Positions 41,986 to 54,914 of a DNA stretch of 64,000 nt are shown here, in pieces. The notes below the pieces were generated by a model. The model saw nothing but the letters and a program-made list of their open reading frames with translations, was not told where the DNA came from and did no database searches. Position numbers and translations under genes: made by a program. Within the stretch, counting starts at the first letter, position 1, and each line of letters opens with the position of its first letter. Origin of the DNA: Novosphingobium sp. SCN 66-18 (GTDB lineage Bacteria; Pseudomonadota; Alphaproteobacteria; Sphingomonadales; Sphingomonadaceae); assembly GCA_001725355.1 (NCBI GenBank), contig MEGD01000038.1, positions 3,612-67,611 of the forward strand. Direction: 5' to 3'.

Positions 41986-43009
41986 CCGCCTGCTCCACCG
42001 CATAGCCCTGGGCAGCGACGCGGTGCTGGAGATGAGCTTCGATCTGGAACGCGCCCGCCATGGCAAGGCGGCGGCGGCGCGGGAACTCGGCCCGCCGGTC
42101 TTCGTCACCGGCCTGGCCCGCGCCGGCACGACCATCCTGATGCGGCTGATCCACGCGGCGGACGATTTCGCCGCGCTCCGCTATCGCGACTTGCCCTTTC
42201 CGCTGGCGCCGAACAGCTGGTCGCGTATCTCCGACCGCCTGAAACGGCATGTGGAAACGCGCGAGCGGGGCCACGGCGATGGACTGGAGCACGATCTCGA
42301 CAGCCCCGAAGCGATCGAGGAAGTGTTCTGGAAGCTCCACGATGGCAAGCACTATTGCCGTACCGACGGCCTGGTCCCCTACCAGCCCGATGCCGAAACG
42401 CTGACCGCCTTTGCCGATTATCGCCGGCTCGTCTGCCTCCGCTATGGCGCGCGACGCTATCTTTCCAAGAACAACGCCAACGTGCTGCGCGTGGGCGGCC
42501 TGGCGCGGAACGTTCCCGGCGCACGCATCGTGCATCCCTTCCGCGATCCGCTGGCGCAGGCCCGCTCGCTCCACCGCCAGCACCGGCAGGCGTGCATGCT
42601 GGCAGCGGACGATCCGTTCCGCGGCGCCTTCATGCGGTGGCTTGGCCACCACGAATTCGGCGCGCACCAGCGGCCGTTCCTGCTGCCCGCCGGATCAGCC
42701 CCCCAAGGCGATCCCGACACGCTGGCGTACTGGGTATCGACATGGATCGGGGTCCATACCCACCTGCTCGGCCAGCCCGAGGACGTGCGCGAAACGCAGA
42801 TCTTCGTGGACTATGACGTGCTGGCCAGTGGCGATCCCGAACTGCTGAACCGGCTTGGCAGGCGGCTCGATCTGGCCCGCCCACTCTCGCCCGCCACGCT
42901 GCGTCCGCCAACGGCGCTGCCACACCGGGAAGCGAAACTGCCCGCCGACCTGCTGGACGAGGCCAACCGGGTACACGCGGCGCTGCGGAAACGCGCGGCG
43001 GCCCTGTAA
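41966..43009 (+). CDS. PAPS-dependent sulfotransferase
   Basis: 5'-PSB loop VFVTGLARAGTT, 3'-PB motif RDPLAQARS; no signal peptide; TTG start inferred. Confidence 0.85.
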   Translation: MAYGTLDRLLHRIALGSDAVLEMSFDLERARHGKAAAARELGPPVFVTGLARAGTTILMRLIHAADDFAALRYRDLPFPLAPNSWSRISDRLKRHVETRERGHGDGLEHDLDSPEAIEEVFWKLHDGKHYCRTDGLVPYQPDAETLTAFADYRRLVCLRYGARRYLSKNNANVLRVGGLARNVPGARIVHPFRDPLAQARSLHRQHRQACMLAADDPFRGAFMRWLGHHEFGAHQRPFLLPAGSAPQGDPDTLAYWVSTWIGVHTHLLGQPEDVRETQIFVDYDVLASGDPELLNRLGRRLDLARPLSPATLRPPTALPHREAKLPADLLDEANRVHAALRKRAAAL

Positions 43010-43031
43010 GGAGCCACCGCCCGGCCTGCCC

Positions 43032-45680
<2,649 letters not shown>

Positions 45681-45748
45681 GAGCCGCCGATTAAGCGAGC
45701 GTTCGGCCCGGAACAAGCACGTTTCGCCGATCAATGTGATCGCACATG

Positions 45749-46567
45749 CTATTCGGCCGTTGCGCGCACCAGCCAGACCGCCGCGGGGAACGAGACGACA
45801 TCGCCTGAACGGTGGCTTTCGAGCAGATTTGCCAACCGTTCCAGGAAGGCCGGGCGCTCCGCTTCGGGCATCACCCGAATCGCCCGGGCCGCGGGACCGA
45901 TCCGGCCGAAGAAGGCCAGTGCTTCGGTCACGGCGTCAGGCCCGGCTCCGGCGATGTAGTCGAAATCGACCGGGGTGAACGTCACGTCCCGCCACCCGCG
46001 CAGGCAGGTGCGCACATGATCGGGATCGGCGAAGGCGAACGGCCCCGGCGCGACGGGATCAGCGGACGCAGAGGCAGCGGATTCCGGCAGCAGTGCAGCG
46101 ATCCCGCTTGCCCAGCGATTCTCGCGCGGGTTGCGGAAGCAGGAGAAGACGATTCGCGCGCCCGGCGCGGCTATGGCGGAAAGGTGCGCGAAAGCGGCAG
46201 GCGGTTCGGGAAAGAACATCACGCCATGGCGCGAGACATAGAGGTCCGGGGCCTGCTCCGGCTGCCAGGTCGAGGCATCGGCAACGGCGAAACGCACGTT
46301 GTCCAATCCGGCAGCCCGCGCCGACGCGGCCGCCACCAGGTCTGCCGAAACGTCGACACCGGTCACCATCGCATCGGGGCGGGCTTGCGCGAGCGCAAGT
46401 GAGAGTTCGCCGGCGCCACAGCCGATATCGACGACGCACCGCCCCGGCTCTTCATGGATTGCCGCCAGCAGATGCGGCGTCATCCGGGAAAAGCTGCGGT
46501 CCGTCCGGGCGTGCTCGTCCGCCCAGCTCCGGCCCACGCCGCCCTGCCATTCGCCGATATCCGTCAT
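45749..46567 (-). CDS. class I SAM-dependent methyltransferase
   Basis: [21 protein letters not shown]. Confidence 0.88.
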   Translation of the reverse strand: MTDIGEWQGGVGRSWADEHARTDRSFSRMTPHLLAAIHEEPGRCVVDIGCGAGELSLALAQARPDAMVTGVDVSADLVAAASARAAGLDNVRFAVADASTWQPEQAPDLYVSRHGVMFFPEPPAAFAHLSAIAAPGARIVFSCFRNPRENRWASGIAALLPESAASASADPVAPGPFAFADPDHVRTCLRGWRDVTFTPVDFDYIAGAGPDAVTEALAFFGRIGPAARAIRVMPEAERPAFLERLANLLESHRSGDVVSFPAAVWLVRATAE

Positions 46568-46602
46568 GTCCGTTCGCCTTCTTCCCGATCCCTCCCGACG
46601 CC

Positions 46603-46645
46603 AAGAAACCGGCACCGCTCCTGCCGGGGAGCGTGCCGGTTCTTT
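46603..46645 (-). terminator. recA terminator
   Basis: aaccggcac(c)gctcc...ggagcgtgccggtt hairpin. Confidence 0.65.
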
Positions 46646-46703
46646 GGTCTGGCTGGACGGACGCGAGCGAGAGGAAGATGCCCGCGCCCGTCAGCCTGAA
46701 GGA

Positions 46704-47774
46704 TCAGATGTCGTCGTCCGCGTCCGGCCCCGCCATCAATCCTTCGGCAACCTGTTCGGTGCGGCCGCGAATGGCGGCTTCCAGACGGTCGCAAACTTCC
46801 TTGTTCTCGCGCAGGTAGTTCTTCGCGTTCTCGCGCCCCTGGCCAATGCGGATCGAATCGTAGCTGAACCACGCGCCCGACTTCTCGACCAGGCCGGCTT
46901 TGACCCCGAGATCGAGAATTTCGCCGATCTTGGAGATGCCCTCGCCGTACATGATGTCGAATTCGACCTGCTTGAACGGCGGCGCCACCTTGTTCTTGAC
47001 GACCTTGACGCGCGTGGAGTTGCCAACGATCTCGTCGCGGTCCTTGATCTGCCCGGTGCGGCGGATGTCGAGCCGGACCGAGGCATAGAACTTGAGCGCG
47101 TTGCCGCCGGTCGTGGTCTCGGGATTGCCGTACATCACGCCGATCTTCATGCGCAGCTGGTTGATGAAAATCACCATGCAGCGCGAACGGCTGATCGAAC
47201 CGGTCAGCTTGCGCAGGCTCTGCGACATCAGGCGCGCCTGCAGGCCGACGTGGCTGTCGCCCATCTCGCCCTCGATTTCCGCCCGGGGCACCAGCGCGGC
47301 GACCGAGTCGACCACCAGCACGTCGATCGCGTTGGAACGGACCAGCGTGTCGGTGATTTCCAGCGCCTGTTCGCCGGTATCGGGCTGGGAGACGATCAGC
47401 TCGTCGATGTTGACGCCCAGCTTCTTGGCATAGACCGGATCGAGCGCGTGTTCGGCGTCGACGAAAGCGGCGGTGCCGCCGTTCTTCTGCGCTTCGGCGA
47501 TGACGTGCAGCGCCAGCGTGGTCTTGCCCGAGCTTTCCGGCCCATAGACTTCGATCACGCGGCCGCGCGGCAGGCCGCCAACCCCAAGCGCGATGTCCAG
47601 CCCGAGCGACCCGGTGGAAATCGCTTCCACCTGCATGGTCTCCTTCGAGCCGAGCTTCATCACCGAGCCCTTGCCGAATGCCCGGTCGATCTGGGCGAGC
47701 GCCGCGTCGAGCGCCTTCTGACGATCCATTTCCTTGTCTTTGCCTTCCTGAATGAGCTTGAGCTGCGCCGCCAT
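46704..47774 (-). CDS. recA: recombinase A
   Basis: [31 protein letters not shown]. Confidence 0.99.
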   Translation of the reverse strand: MAAQLKLIQEGKDKEMDRQKALDAALAQIDRAFGKGSVMKLGSKETMQVEAISTGSLGLDIALGVGGLPRGRVIEVYGPESSGKTTLALHVIAEAQKNGGTAAFVDAEHALDPVYAKKLGVNIDELIVSQPDTGEQALEITDTLVRSNAIDVLVVDSVAALVPRAEIEGEMGDSHVGLQARLMSQSLRKLTGSISRSRCMVIFINQLRMKIGVMYGNPETTTGGNALKFYASVRLDIRRTGQIKDRDEIVGNSTRVKVVKNKVAPPFKQVEFDIMYGEGISKIGEILDLGVKAGLVEKSGAWFSYDSIRIGQGRENAKNYLRENKEVCDRLEAAIRGRTEQVAEGLMAGPDADDDI

Positions 47775-47828
47775 GGCTTCTCGTCCCCTTGCTAGAGATG
47801 GCTGACCTGAACCGTCAACAGGGACTAT

Positions 47829-47863
47829 GTACCCACTTTGTTCCATAAGAACAAGATGGGAAC
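47829..47863. promoter_or_regulatory. two alphaproteobacterial LexA (SOS) boxes upstream of recA
   Basis: GAAC-N7-GAAC at 47849-47863 and GTAC-N7-GTTC at 47829-47843. Confidence 0.85.
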
Positions 47864-47919
47864 AGAAATTTTTTCCGCTAGCCGTAGAGAATTACGTATC
47901 ACATTGAATGGTAACGACC

Positions 47920-50340
47920 TTATTCGCCCCGCAAAACCTTCTCCACCGCCGCCACGATCTGCGCCACCGAGAACGGCTTGGCGATGAAGTGCATGTTGGG
48001 GATGTCGATATCGCGCCGCAGCTGCTCCTCGGCATAGCCCGACATGAACAGTACGGGCAGATCAGGCTTCAGCCGGCGAATCTCCCGCGCCATGGCGGGG
48101 CCATCCATCGAGGGCATGACCACGTCGCTGACCACGAGATCGAACGGCCCGCTGCGGCCGATAGCTTCCAGCCCTTCCTCGCCATCGGCGGCGGTGGTCA
48201 CCTCGTAGCCCTGCCGCACCAGCGCGCGTTCGGCCACGGCGCGGACGGTGTCCTCGTCCTCGACCAGCAGCACGCGCCCGCCGCCGCTCCATTCGCGCCG
48301 GACATCGGCCTTCGGCTTCGGGCCTTCCAGGCTGGCTGCCGGATCGTGCGCATGGACCGGCAGGTAGATCGAAAACCGCGTGCCCCGCCCCACTTCGCTT
48401 TCCGCGAAGATGAACCCGCCCGATTGCTTGACGATGCCATAGACCGTCGAAAGCCCGAGCCCGGTGCCCTTGCCCTTTTCCTTGGTGGTGAAGAACGGTT
48501 CGAAGATCTTGCCGAGCAGCGCCGGCTTGATGCCGTGGCCGTTGTCCTCGACGATCAGCGCCGTGTAATCGCCGATCGGCAGGATATCGCTTTTCATCCC
48601 GCGCACGTCGGCAGCAGTGATGCGCCGGGTCATCAGCCGCAGCACCCCGCCGCTCTTGTTGTCGGCCATGGCATCGCGCGCGTTGACCGCCAGGTTGAGC
48701 AGCACCTGTTCCAGTTGCACCGGATCGGCGCGCACGAAGCCAAGGTCGCGGTCGTGCGTCACTTCCAGCTGGATCTTGCCGCCCAGCAACCGCTTGAGCA
48801 GGGTGGAGACCTCCGCCACCACGTCGGGCAGTTGCAGCACTTCGGGCCGCAACGTCTGCTGGCGCGAGAAGGCGAGAAGCTGGCGCGTCAGCGATGCCGC
48901 GCGGTTGGAATTGGCCTTGATCTGCTGGATATCGTCGTAATCGCTGTCGCCCGGCGTGTGGCGCATCAGCATGAGGTCGCAGTAACCGATGATCGCGGTC
49001 AGCACGTTGTTGAAATCGTGCGCCACGCCGCCGGCAAGCTGGCCCACCGCCTGCATCTTGGTGGCCTGCGCGATCTCGCGCTTGAGGCGCGTTTCCTCGC
49101 TCGAATCCTTGAGGCTGAGCAGCACCGCGCCATCGCCCAGCCCGCGCACGCCGGCAAGGCTCAGCGAAACCGGCTCCTCGGGCGAGGACCGCAGCCGCAC
49201 CGCGACGTCGCCCGCCGTCGGCGCCCCTTGCGCGTAACGGCGCACGGCATCGGCCAGCGCGCCCTTGTCCTCGCGAATGACGAGGTCCGAAGGGTAAGGT
49301 GGCGGCATCGTGTCGTCGTGGCCGGCAGCGCGCAGGAAAGCCCGGTTGGCGAACAGGAAGCGCCCGTCGCGGTCCGTCATGGCCAGGCCCAGCGGCAGCC
49401 TTGCGAGCAGCGCCTCGATCTGCGGCAGGCCGGTGCGCGCATCGCCCACCCCGCCCTGGTTGTCGAGCAGGATGAACAGCGAGGCGGTGTGCGAGGGATC
49501 GGCATCGATGCCCCCGTCCGGATCGGCTACCGGCATGTGGATGAAGCGCACCGGGATGCCCTTGGCCCCCTCGCGCGCGTAGTAGATTCGCTCCTGCTCG
49601 TCCGAGCGGAACCAGGCCACGAACTCGGTCCCGGCAACCGCGCCGTTCTCTTCCCCGGCGGCGCGGCTGGCGAACGCGGTATTTCCGGCAAGGATGCGCC
49701 CGTCCGGCGCCACGACCGCGGCCTGAATGCTTTCGCGAGCCAGCGCGCGGCCCACCTTGCCGCCGATATGCTCCACCATTTCCGCCACCAGATCGCGCTG
49801 GTTCACGGGGGAGAAGCGCCACACGAGGTAATCCTCGCCCCGCCCTGCGCGGGCGACTTCACCGCTCCAGCGGCCAGTCGCGGTTTCGATCAGGTCCAGC
49901 GTGGCGCGCCCATCGCGCCAGGCGGTGCGGGCGGCGGCGTCGAGCGCTTCGGCCTGCGGCTTCGACACCGGCAGGCGCGGCGGGGCGGCGCCAAGGCCGA
50001 ACCATTCGCTGAACCGCAGGCTGGCGCAGGCCAGCCGGCCGGCGCGATCGGTGATGGCGATGCCCATGTCCGGCCGCTCGATCGCGGCATGAGTCACCGA
50101 CCAGTCGGGCGCGGCGAAATCGGGCGCGGCCACCTGCGGGCGCAGGCGCAGGGCCAGCCGAAGCGCCCCGCCCAGCAGCAGCGCGCCACCGGCAAAGGCC
50201 ACCGCGACCACCGGTTCGCCCGATACCGCCCACAGCAGGACGGCCGTCGCCAGCAGTGCCCCGCCCAGCAACAGCCATTCGCGCCAGGGCACCATGGCGT
50301 CCTGCGCCACGGGTCCAAGCGCGAGCGGCGATTCGTTCAT
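47920..50340 (-). CDS. cckA: hybrid sensor histidine kinase CckA
   Basis: TM pair, PAS regions, QLAGGVAHDFNN, NLAVNARDAM, GTGLGLS, receiver domain; upstream of recA. Confidence 0.88.
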   Translation of the reverse strand: MNESPLALGPVAQDAMVPWREWLLLGGALLATAVLLWAVSGEPVVAVAFAGGALLLGGALRLALRLRPQVAAPDFAAPDWSVTHAAIERPDMGIAITDRAGRLACASLRFSEWFGLGAAPPRLPVSKPQAEALDAAARTAWRDGRATLDLIETATGRWSGEVARAGRGEDYLVWRFSPVNQRDLVAEMVEHIGGKVGRALARESIQAAVVAPDGRILAGNTAFASRAAGEENGAVAGTEFVAWFRSDEQERIYYAREGAKGIPVRFIHMPVADPDGGIDADPSHTASLFILLDNQGGVGDARTGLPQIEALLARLPLGLAMTDRDGRFLFANRAFLRAAGHDDTMPPPYPSDLVIREDKGALADAVRRYAQGAPTAGDVAVRLRSSPEEPVSLSLAGVRGLGDGAVLLSLKDSSEETRLKREIAQATKMQAVGQLAGGVAHDFNNVLTAIIGYCDLMLMRHTPGDSDYDDIQQIKANSNRAASLTRQLLAFSRQQTLRPEVLQLPDVVAEVSTLLKRLLGGKIQLEVTHDRDLGFVRADPVQLEQVLLNLAVNARDAMADNKSGGVLRLMTRRITAADVRGMKSDILPIGDYTALIVEDNGHGIKPALLGKIFEPFFTTKEKGKGTGLGLSTVYGIVKQSGGFIFAESEVGRGTRFSIYLPVHAHDPAASLEGPKPKADVRREWSGGGRVLLVEDEDTVRAVAERALVRQGYEVTTAADGEEGLEAIGRSGPFDLVVSDVVMPSMDGPAMAREIRRLKPDLPVLFMSGYAEEQLRRDIDIPNMHFIAKPFSVAQIVAAVEKVLRGE

Positions 50341-50936
50341 TCGGCGTGATCCCGCGCGGCCGCGCGCATCAGCCGCGTGCGGCGCTTGTGCCCGGTCCAC
50401 CAGCGCCAGCCGAGCGCCGAGAGGACATAGCCCGCCACCGCCGCCAGCAACGAAATCAGGAACAGGCCGATCAGCAGCGAAGGCGCGGCGTCGCTGCCCA
50501 GCCAGGCAAGCCATTCACCCACACCTGCTCCGCGCGTAACCAGCTCGCGCACCGTCAGGAAATCGGCGTGATAGCCGAAGCTGTTGCCCACCCAGATCGC
50601 GCCCGGCAGGAACACGAACAGCGTGGTCGGCGGAATCGAGATGAACGTCATCAGCGCGGCCAGCGGAATGTTGCCGCGGAACGGTACGCACATCAGCGCC
50701 GCACCGACGATCTGAACGCCGGGAATCAGCGCGAAGATGCCGATGAACAGGCCCGCCGCCACGCCGCGCGGCACCGATCGCCGGGTGAACCGCCACAGTT
50801 CATGGCGCGCGGCGAGCGGACGGGCGAAGCGGTTCTGCTCCATCTGTTCGCGCGTTGGCATGTTGGCCTGTGCCCATTTCACGATCCTGTCGAACATCGC
50901 GTCCTGCGTTACACCCGTTTTCCGCCAGCCCACCAT
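50337..50936 (-). CDS. DUF2062 membrane protein
   Basis: LWRFTRRSVPRGVAAG and TM helices; start uncertain. Confidence 0.75.
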   Translation of the reverse strand: MVGWRKTGVTQDAMFDRIVKWAQANMPTREQMEQNRFARPLAARHELWRFTRRSVPRGVAAGLFIGIFALIPGVQIVGAALMCVPFRGNIPLAALMTFISIPPTTLFVFLPGAIWVGNSFGYHADFLTVRELVTRGAGVGEWLAWLGSDAAPSLLIGLFLISLLAAVAGYVLSALGWRWWTGHKRRTRLMRAAARDHAE

Positions 50937-50990
50937 CGGGCCGATTTTCGCCGCTCTAGCCCTGCCCCGCTTTCGGAACGGTGAAGCGCG

Positions 50991-51473
50991 TCAGCCGTGT
51001 TCCTTCATGATCCGCGCCTTTTCGCGCTTCCAATCGCGTTCCTTGATCGTGGTCCGCTTGTCCGCGGCATTCTTGCCCTTGGCCAGCGCCAGTTCCACCT
51101 TGGCCCGGCCCCGACCATTGAAATAGACCGACAGCGGCACCAGCGTCATGCCCTTGCGTTCCACCGCGCCGTGGAACTTGGAAATCTCGCGCTCTTTCAG
51201 CAACAGCTTGCGCGGGCGCTTGGGCTCGTGGTTGAAGCGGTTGCCATGGCTGAATTCGGGCACGTTGGAATTGATCAGCCAGACTTCGCCGCCTTTGACC
51301 TCGGCATAGCTCTCGGCGATCGATCCCTCGCCGAAGCGCAGCGATTTCACTTCCGTTCCCGTCAGCACGATTCCCGCCTCGTACACGTCCTCGATATGGT
51401 AATCGAAACGCGCGCGGCGGTTCTCTGCGACGATCTTCTTCTTGTCGAAAGCAACGGGAGTCGGACGGGCCAT
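50991..51473 (-). CDS. smpB: SsrA-binding protein
   Basis: [24 protein letters not shown]. Confidence 0.97.
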   Translation of the reverse strand: MARPTPVAFDKKKIVAENRRARFDYHIEDVYEAGIVLTGTEVKSLRFGEGSIAESYAEVKGGEVWLINSNVPEFSHGNRFNHEPKRPRKLLLKEREISKFHGAVERKGMTLVPLSVYFNGRGRAKVELALAKGKNAADKRTTIKERDWKREKARIMKEHG

Positions 51474-51572
51474 GGTATCGAGCATGTAGGTGCGTGGCGG
51501 GCGAATTGGAACCCCGCAGGCAAATAGCAGCCGGTCCCCCCCGAAACGGTGCGAAACAAGGTCGTCGGCGCG

Positions 51573-51598
51573 GGAACCGCTCTTGCACTTCCTTCGTT
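51573..51598 (+). promoter_or_regulatory. sigmaEcfG/SigT general-stress promoter
   Basis: GGAAC-N17-CGTT about 60 bp upstream of the patatin gene. Confidence 0.65.
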
Positions 51599-51655
51599 GC
51601 AGTGCACAAACCGGACCGGGATTTCCTCTGCGGGGATTCGCAAGCGGAGCAGCGC

Positions 51656-52792
51656 ATGGCCAGATCGAAGATCCGGCAATCTGAAGACCGAAATCAGGCG
51701 GAAGACGGGGAACAAGTCGTTCTCGTCCTCCAGGGCGGCGGCGCGCTCGGCTCCTACCAGGCCGGCGTGTTCGAGGCACTGGCCGAAGCCGGGCACGATC
51801 CGGACTGGATCGCCGGCATCTCGATCGGCGCGGTCAACGCGGCGCTCATCGCCGGCAACCCGCCCGAACGGCGCGCGCGGCGGCTGCGCGAATTCTGGGA
51901 ACAGGCTTCCTCGCGCGTACCCTTCCCTTCGCCTTTCGCGGAAGGCTGGGGGCGGCGCGTGTTCAACGAGGCGGCGGCGGCGACGGTCGCGCTCACCGGC
52001 ATCCCCGGCTTCTTCACCCCGCGCCTGACCCCGCCGTGGCTGGCGCTGCCGGGATCGCCCGAAGCGATCAGCCTCTACGATACCGGCCCGTTGCGGCAGA
52101 CCCTGCTCGATCTCGTCGATTTCGACCTGCTCAACGAAGGCCCGACCCGGTTCAGCGTGGGTGCCGTCAACGTGCTGACCGGCAACTTCGCCTATTTCGA
52201 CAACCGTGACCGGCTGATCGAACCCGAACACATCATGGCCAGCGGCGCGCTGCCGCCAGGCTTCCCGCCGGTGATGATCGATGGCGAGCCATACTGGGAC
52301 GGCGGCATCGTTTCCAACACGCCGCTGCAATACGTGCTCGACGAACGAAACGGGCGGCCTCTGCTGGTCTTCCAGGTCGACCTGTTCAGCGCGCGCGGGC
52401 TGATGCCGCGCACGCTGGCGGAGGCCGCGCAGCGCGAGAAGGACATCCGCTATTCCAGCCGCACCCGGCTCAACACCGACATGCAGAAGCGGATCGAGGC
52501 GCTCGAAGCCGCCGCCGCGCGGCTGGCCGACAAGCTGCCGGAGGACTTGCGCGACGATCCCGACGTGGCACTGCTGCGCGCCAATTCGTGCGACAGCCCC
52601 GTCACCATCCTGCATCTCATCAACCGGGGCGAGGACTACGAAACGCAGAGCAAGGACTATGAATTTTCGCGCATGACGATGGAAGGCCACTGGCAGGCGG
52701 GCATGCACGACGTGCGCCGTTCCTTCGCCAGCCCGCGTTGGAAGAAGCGGCACCCGCACGCGCGCGGCATCGCCACGCTCGATCTCGCCTGA
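51656..52792 (+). CDS. patatin-like phospholipase/esterase (DUF3734 type)
   Basis: GGGALG, GISIG nucleophile, WDGG, KDYEFS. Confidence 0.9.
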   Translation: MARSKIRQSEDRNQAEDGEQVVLVLQGGGALGSYQAGVFEALAEAGHDPDWIAGISIGAVNAALIAGNPPERRARRLREFWEQASSRVPFPSPFAEGWGRRVFNEAAAATVALTGIPGFFTPRLTPPWLALPGSPEAISLYDTGPLRQTLLDLVDFDLLNEGPTRFSVGAVNVLTGNFAYFDNRDRLIEPEHIMASGALPPGFPPVMIDGEPYWDGGIVSNTPLQYVLDERNGRPLLVFQVDLFSARGLMPRTLAEAAQREKDIRYSSRTRLNTDMQKRIEALEAAAARLADKLPEDLRDDPDVALLRANSCDSPVTILHLINRGEDYETQSKDYEFSRMTMEGHWQAGMHDVRRSFASPRWKKRHPHARGIATLDLA

Positions 52793-52841
52793 ATCACAGC
52801 ATCTTTTCGGGGACCGCCCCTAAAGCAACCGGAGCAAGTCA

Positions 52842-53624
52842 ATGGAACTCAAGGATAAGGTCTGCATCGTCACCGGCGCGGCCAGCGGCATCGGCCTCGC
52901 CATCGCGAAGCGCTATGCCCAGGCGGGCGGCAAGGTCGCCATCGCCGACCTCAAGATCGAGGCGGCGCAGGCGGCAGCGGACGGCATCAACGCCGACCAT
53001 CCCGGCCAGGCGATCGCGGTGGCGATGGACGTGACGCAGGAAGACCAGGTCAACGCCGGCGTGCAGCAGGTGGTCGATGCCTGGGGCACGGTGGATGTGC
53101 TGGTCTCCAACGCAGGCATCCAGATCGTCAACCCCGTGGAACAGTTCGCGTTTTCGGACTGGAAGAAGATGCTGGCGATCCACCTCGACGGTGCGTTCCT
53201 CACCTCGAAGGCGGTGCTTCCGCACATGTACAAGCAGGGTTCGGGCACGGTGCTGTTCATGGGCTCGGTCCATTCCAAGGAAGCCTCCCCGCTCAAGTCC
53301 GCCTATGTCACTGCCAAGCACGGGTTGCTCGGGCTGTCGCGCGTGATCGCCAAGGAAGGCGGGCCGAAGGGCGTGCGCACCAACGTGATCTGCCCCGGCT
53401 TCGTGCGCACCCCGCTGGTCGACAAGCAGATCCCCGAACAGGCCAAGGAACTCGGCATTTCCGAAGAGGACGTGATCAAGAAGGTCATGCTCGGCCAGAC
53501 CGTGGACGGCGAATTCACCACGGTCGACGACATCGCCGAAGTCGCGCTGTTCCTGGCCGCCTTCCCTACCAACGCGCTCACCGGGCAATCGCTGGTGGCG
53601 AGCCACGGCTGGTACATGAACTGA
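52842..53624 (+). CDS. bdhA: 3-hydroxybutyrate dehydrogenase
   Basis: [34 protein letters not shown]. Confidence 0.92.
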   Translation: MELKDKVCIVTGAASGIGLAIAKRYAQAGGKVAIADLKIEAAQAAADGINADHPGQAIAVAMDVTQEDQVNAGVQQVVDAWGTVDVLVSNAGIQIVNPVEQFAFSDWKKMLAIHLDGAFLTSKAVLPHMYKQGSGTVLFMGSVHSKEASPLKSAYVTAKHGLLGLSRVIAKEGGPKGVRTNVICPGFVRTPLVDKQIPEQAKELGISEEDVIKKVMLGQTVDGEFTTVDDIAEVALFLAAFPTNALTGQSLVASHGWYMN

Positions 53625-53630
53625 GGTAGC

Positions 53631-53921
53631 CTATGCGATCAATTCATCCTTGATCCTCTGCGTGTTGGTCGGCCCTACATTAGCCAGCGGCTTCCAACCC
53701 AAAACATATTGGCCACCATTTTCCGCTACGACATGGCTGATATTAGCCATTCGCCGTGCCACCGATCCTTCGTTTCTACCGGCAAGCTGTTTAAGAGCGC
53801 GAAAAAGATACACATCTTTCTTTATGTCTTTTTTCGCGCCGCCAGCCTTTACCGCATCAGCGTAGGCTTTGACGCAAATCGCAATTTCCTCGGCGCTCCA
53901 ATCGTCACCAAGTTTCGCCAT
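53631..53921 (-). CDS. AT-rich 96-aa protein resembling the N-terminal domain of HNH/McrA-like nucleases
   Basis: DWSAEEI..VKAY, GRNEGSV..RMANIS, GWKPLANVG; starts 1 bp after the dapA stop. Confidence 0.6.
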   Translation of the reverse strand: MAKLGDDWSAEEIAICVKAYADAVKAGGAKKDIKKDVYLFRALKQLAGRNEGSVARRMANISHVVAENGGQYVLGWKPLANVGPTNTQRIKDELIA

Positions 53922-53922
53922 T

Positions 53923-54804
53923 TTACACCAGCCCCGCGTGCGCTAGCGCCGCGTCCACCGCCTTGCGCGCGGCTTCGCTGCACGGCACCAGCGGCAGGCG
54001 CATGTCCTCGGTCAGCCAGTCGTGCACGCGGGTCAGCGCATACTTCAGCGGCCCCGGCGACGCGTCCTCGAACATCGCGTAGTGCAGCGGATAGAGTCGG
54101 TCGTTCAGCTCGCGCGCCTTGGCGATGTCGTTGTCGGCGCAGGCCTGCTGGAATTCGGCGCAGAGCTTGGGCGCGACGTTGGCGGTGACCGAAATGCAGC
54201 CCACCGCGCCCGCGGCGTTGGCCGGCAGCGCCAGCTCATCGTCGCCCGAAAGCTGGCAGAAATGCTTGCCGATGCCCATGCGATGGTCGGTGACGCGCGA
54301 AAGATCGCCGCTGGCGTCCTTGATGCCCACGATCTTGTCCGGATAGCGCTTGGCCAGTTCGCACACGGTTTCCGGCAGGATGTCGGTCACCGTGCGGCCG
54401 GGCACGTTGTAGAGGATGATGGGCAGTTCGTTGTGCTCGGCCAGATAGCTGAAGTGCGCGATCAGGCCGGCCTGGCTCGGCCGGTTGTAATAGGGCGCGA
54501 CGCACAGCGCGGCCGCCGCGCCGCTCTTGCGCGAAAACGTCATGTGCAGCAGCGCGTTCATCGTATCGTTGCTGCCGCAGCCCGCGATCACCGGCACGCG
54601 GCCCGCCGCCTGCTCCACGCAGACTTCGATCACGCGATGGTGTTCCGCGTTCGACAGCGTGGAGGCTTCGCCGGTGGTGCCGCAGGGAACAAGCGCTTTC
54701 GAGCCATTCTCGATCTGCCAGTCGACAAGGCGGCGAAACGCCTTCTCGTCAAACACTCCGTCGCGAAAAGGAGTCACCAGAGCCGGAATGGAGCCGGAAA
54801 ACAT
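53923..54804 (-). CDS. dapA: 4-hydroxy-tetrahydrodipicolinate synthase
   Basis: ALVTPF, GTTGE, PYYN, LYNVPGRT, GIKDASG. Confidence 0.97.
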   Translation of the reverse strand: MFSGSIPALVTPFRDGVFDEKAFRRLVDWQIENGSKALVPCGTTGEASTLSNAEHHRVIEVCVEQAAGRVPVIAGCGSNDTMNALLHMTFSRKSGAAAALCVAPYYNRPSQAGLIAHFSYLAEHNELPIILYNVPGRTVTDILPETVCELAKRYPDKIVGIKDASGDLSRVTDHRMGIGKHFCQLSGDDELALPANAAGAVGCISVTANVAPKLCAEFQQACADNDIAKARELNDRLYPLHYAMFEDASPGPLKYALTRVHDWLTEDMRLPLVPCSEAARKAVDAALAHAGLV

Positions 54805-54914
54805 GGACTTTGTTCCTCATTTTGCCGCAAGAACGGCGGTGATCGCCCCGTTGTGGTTGGTTTTGACCGACGAACCGGGCATGTTCAGCGCCTGATAAGG
54901 AGCCGTTCCATAGG

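Noticed and set aside
50991-51650. tmRNA gene near smpB
   Set aside because: No tRNA-like ends or tag reading frame recognised.
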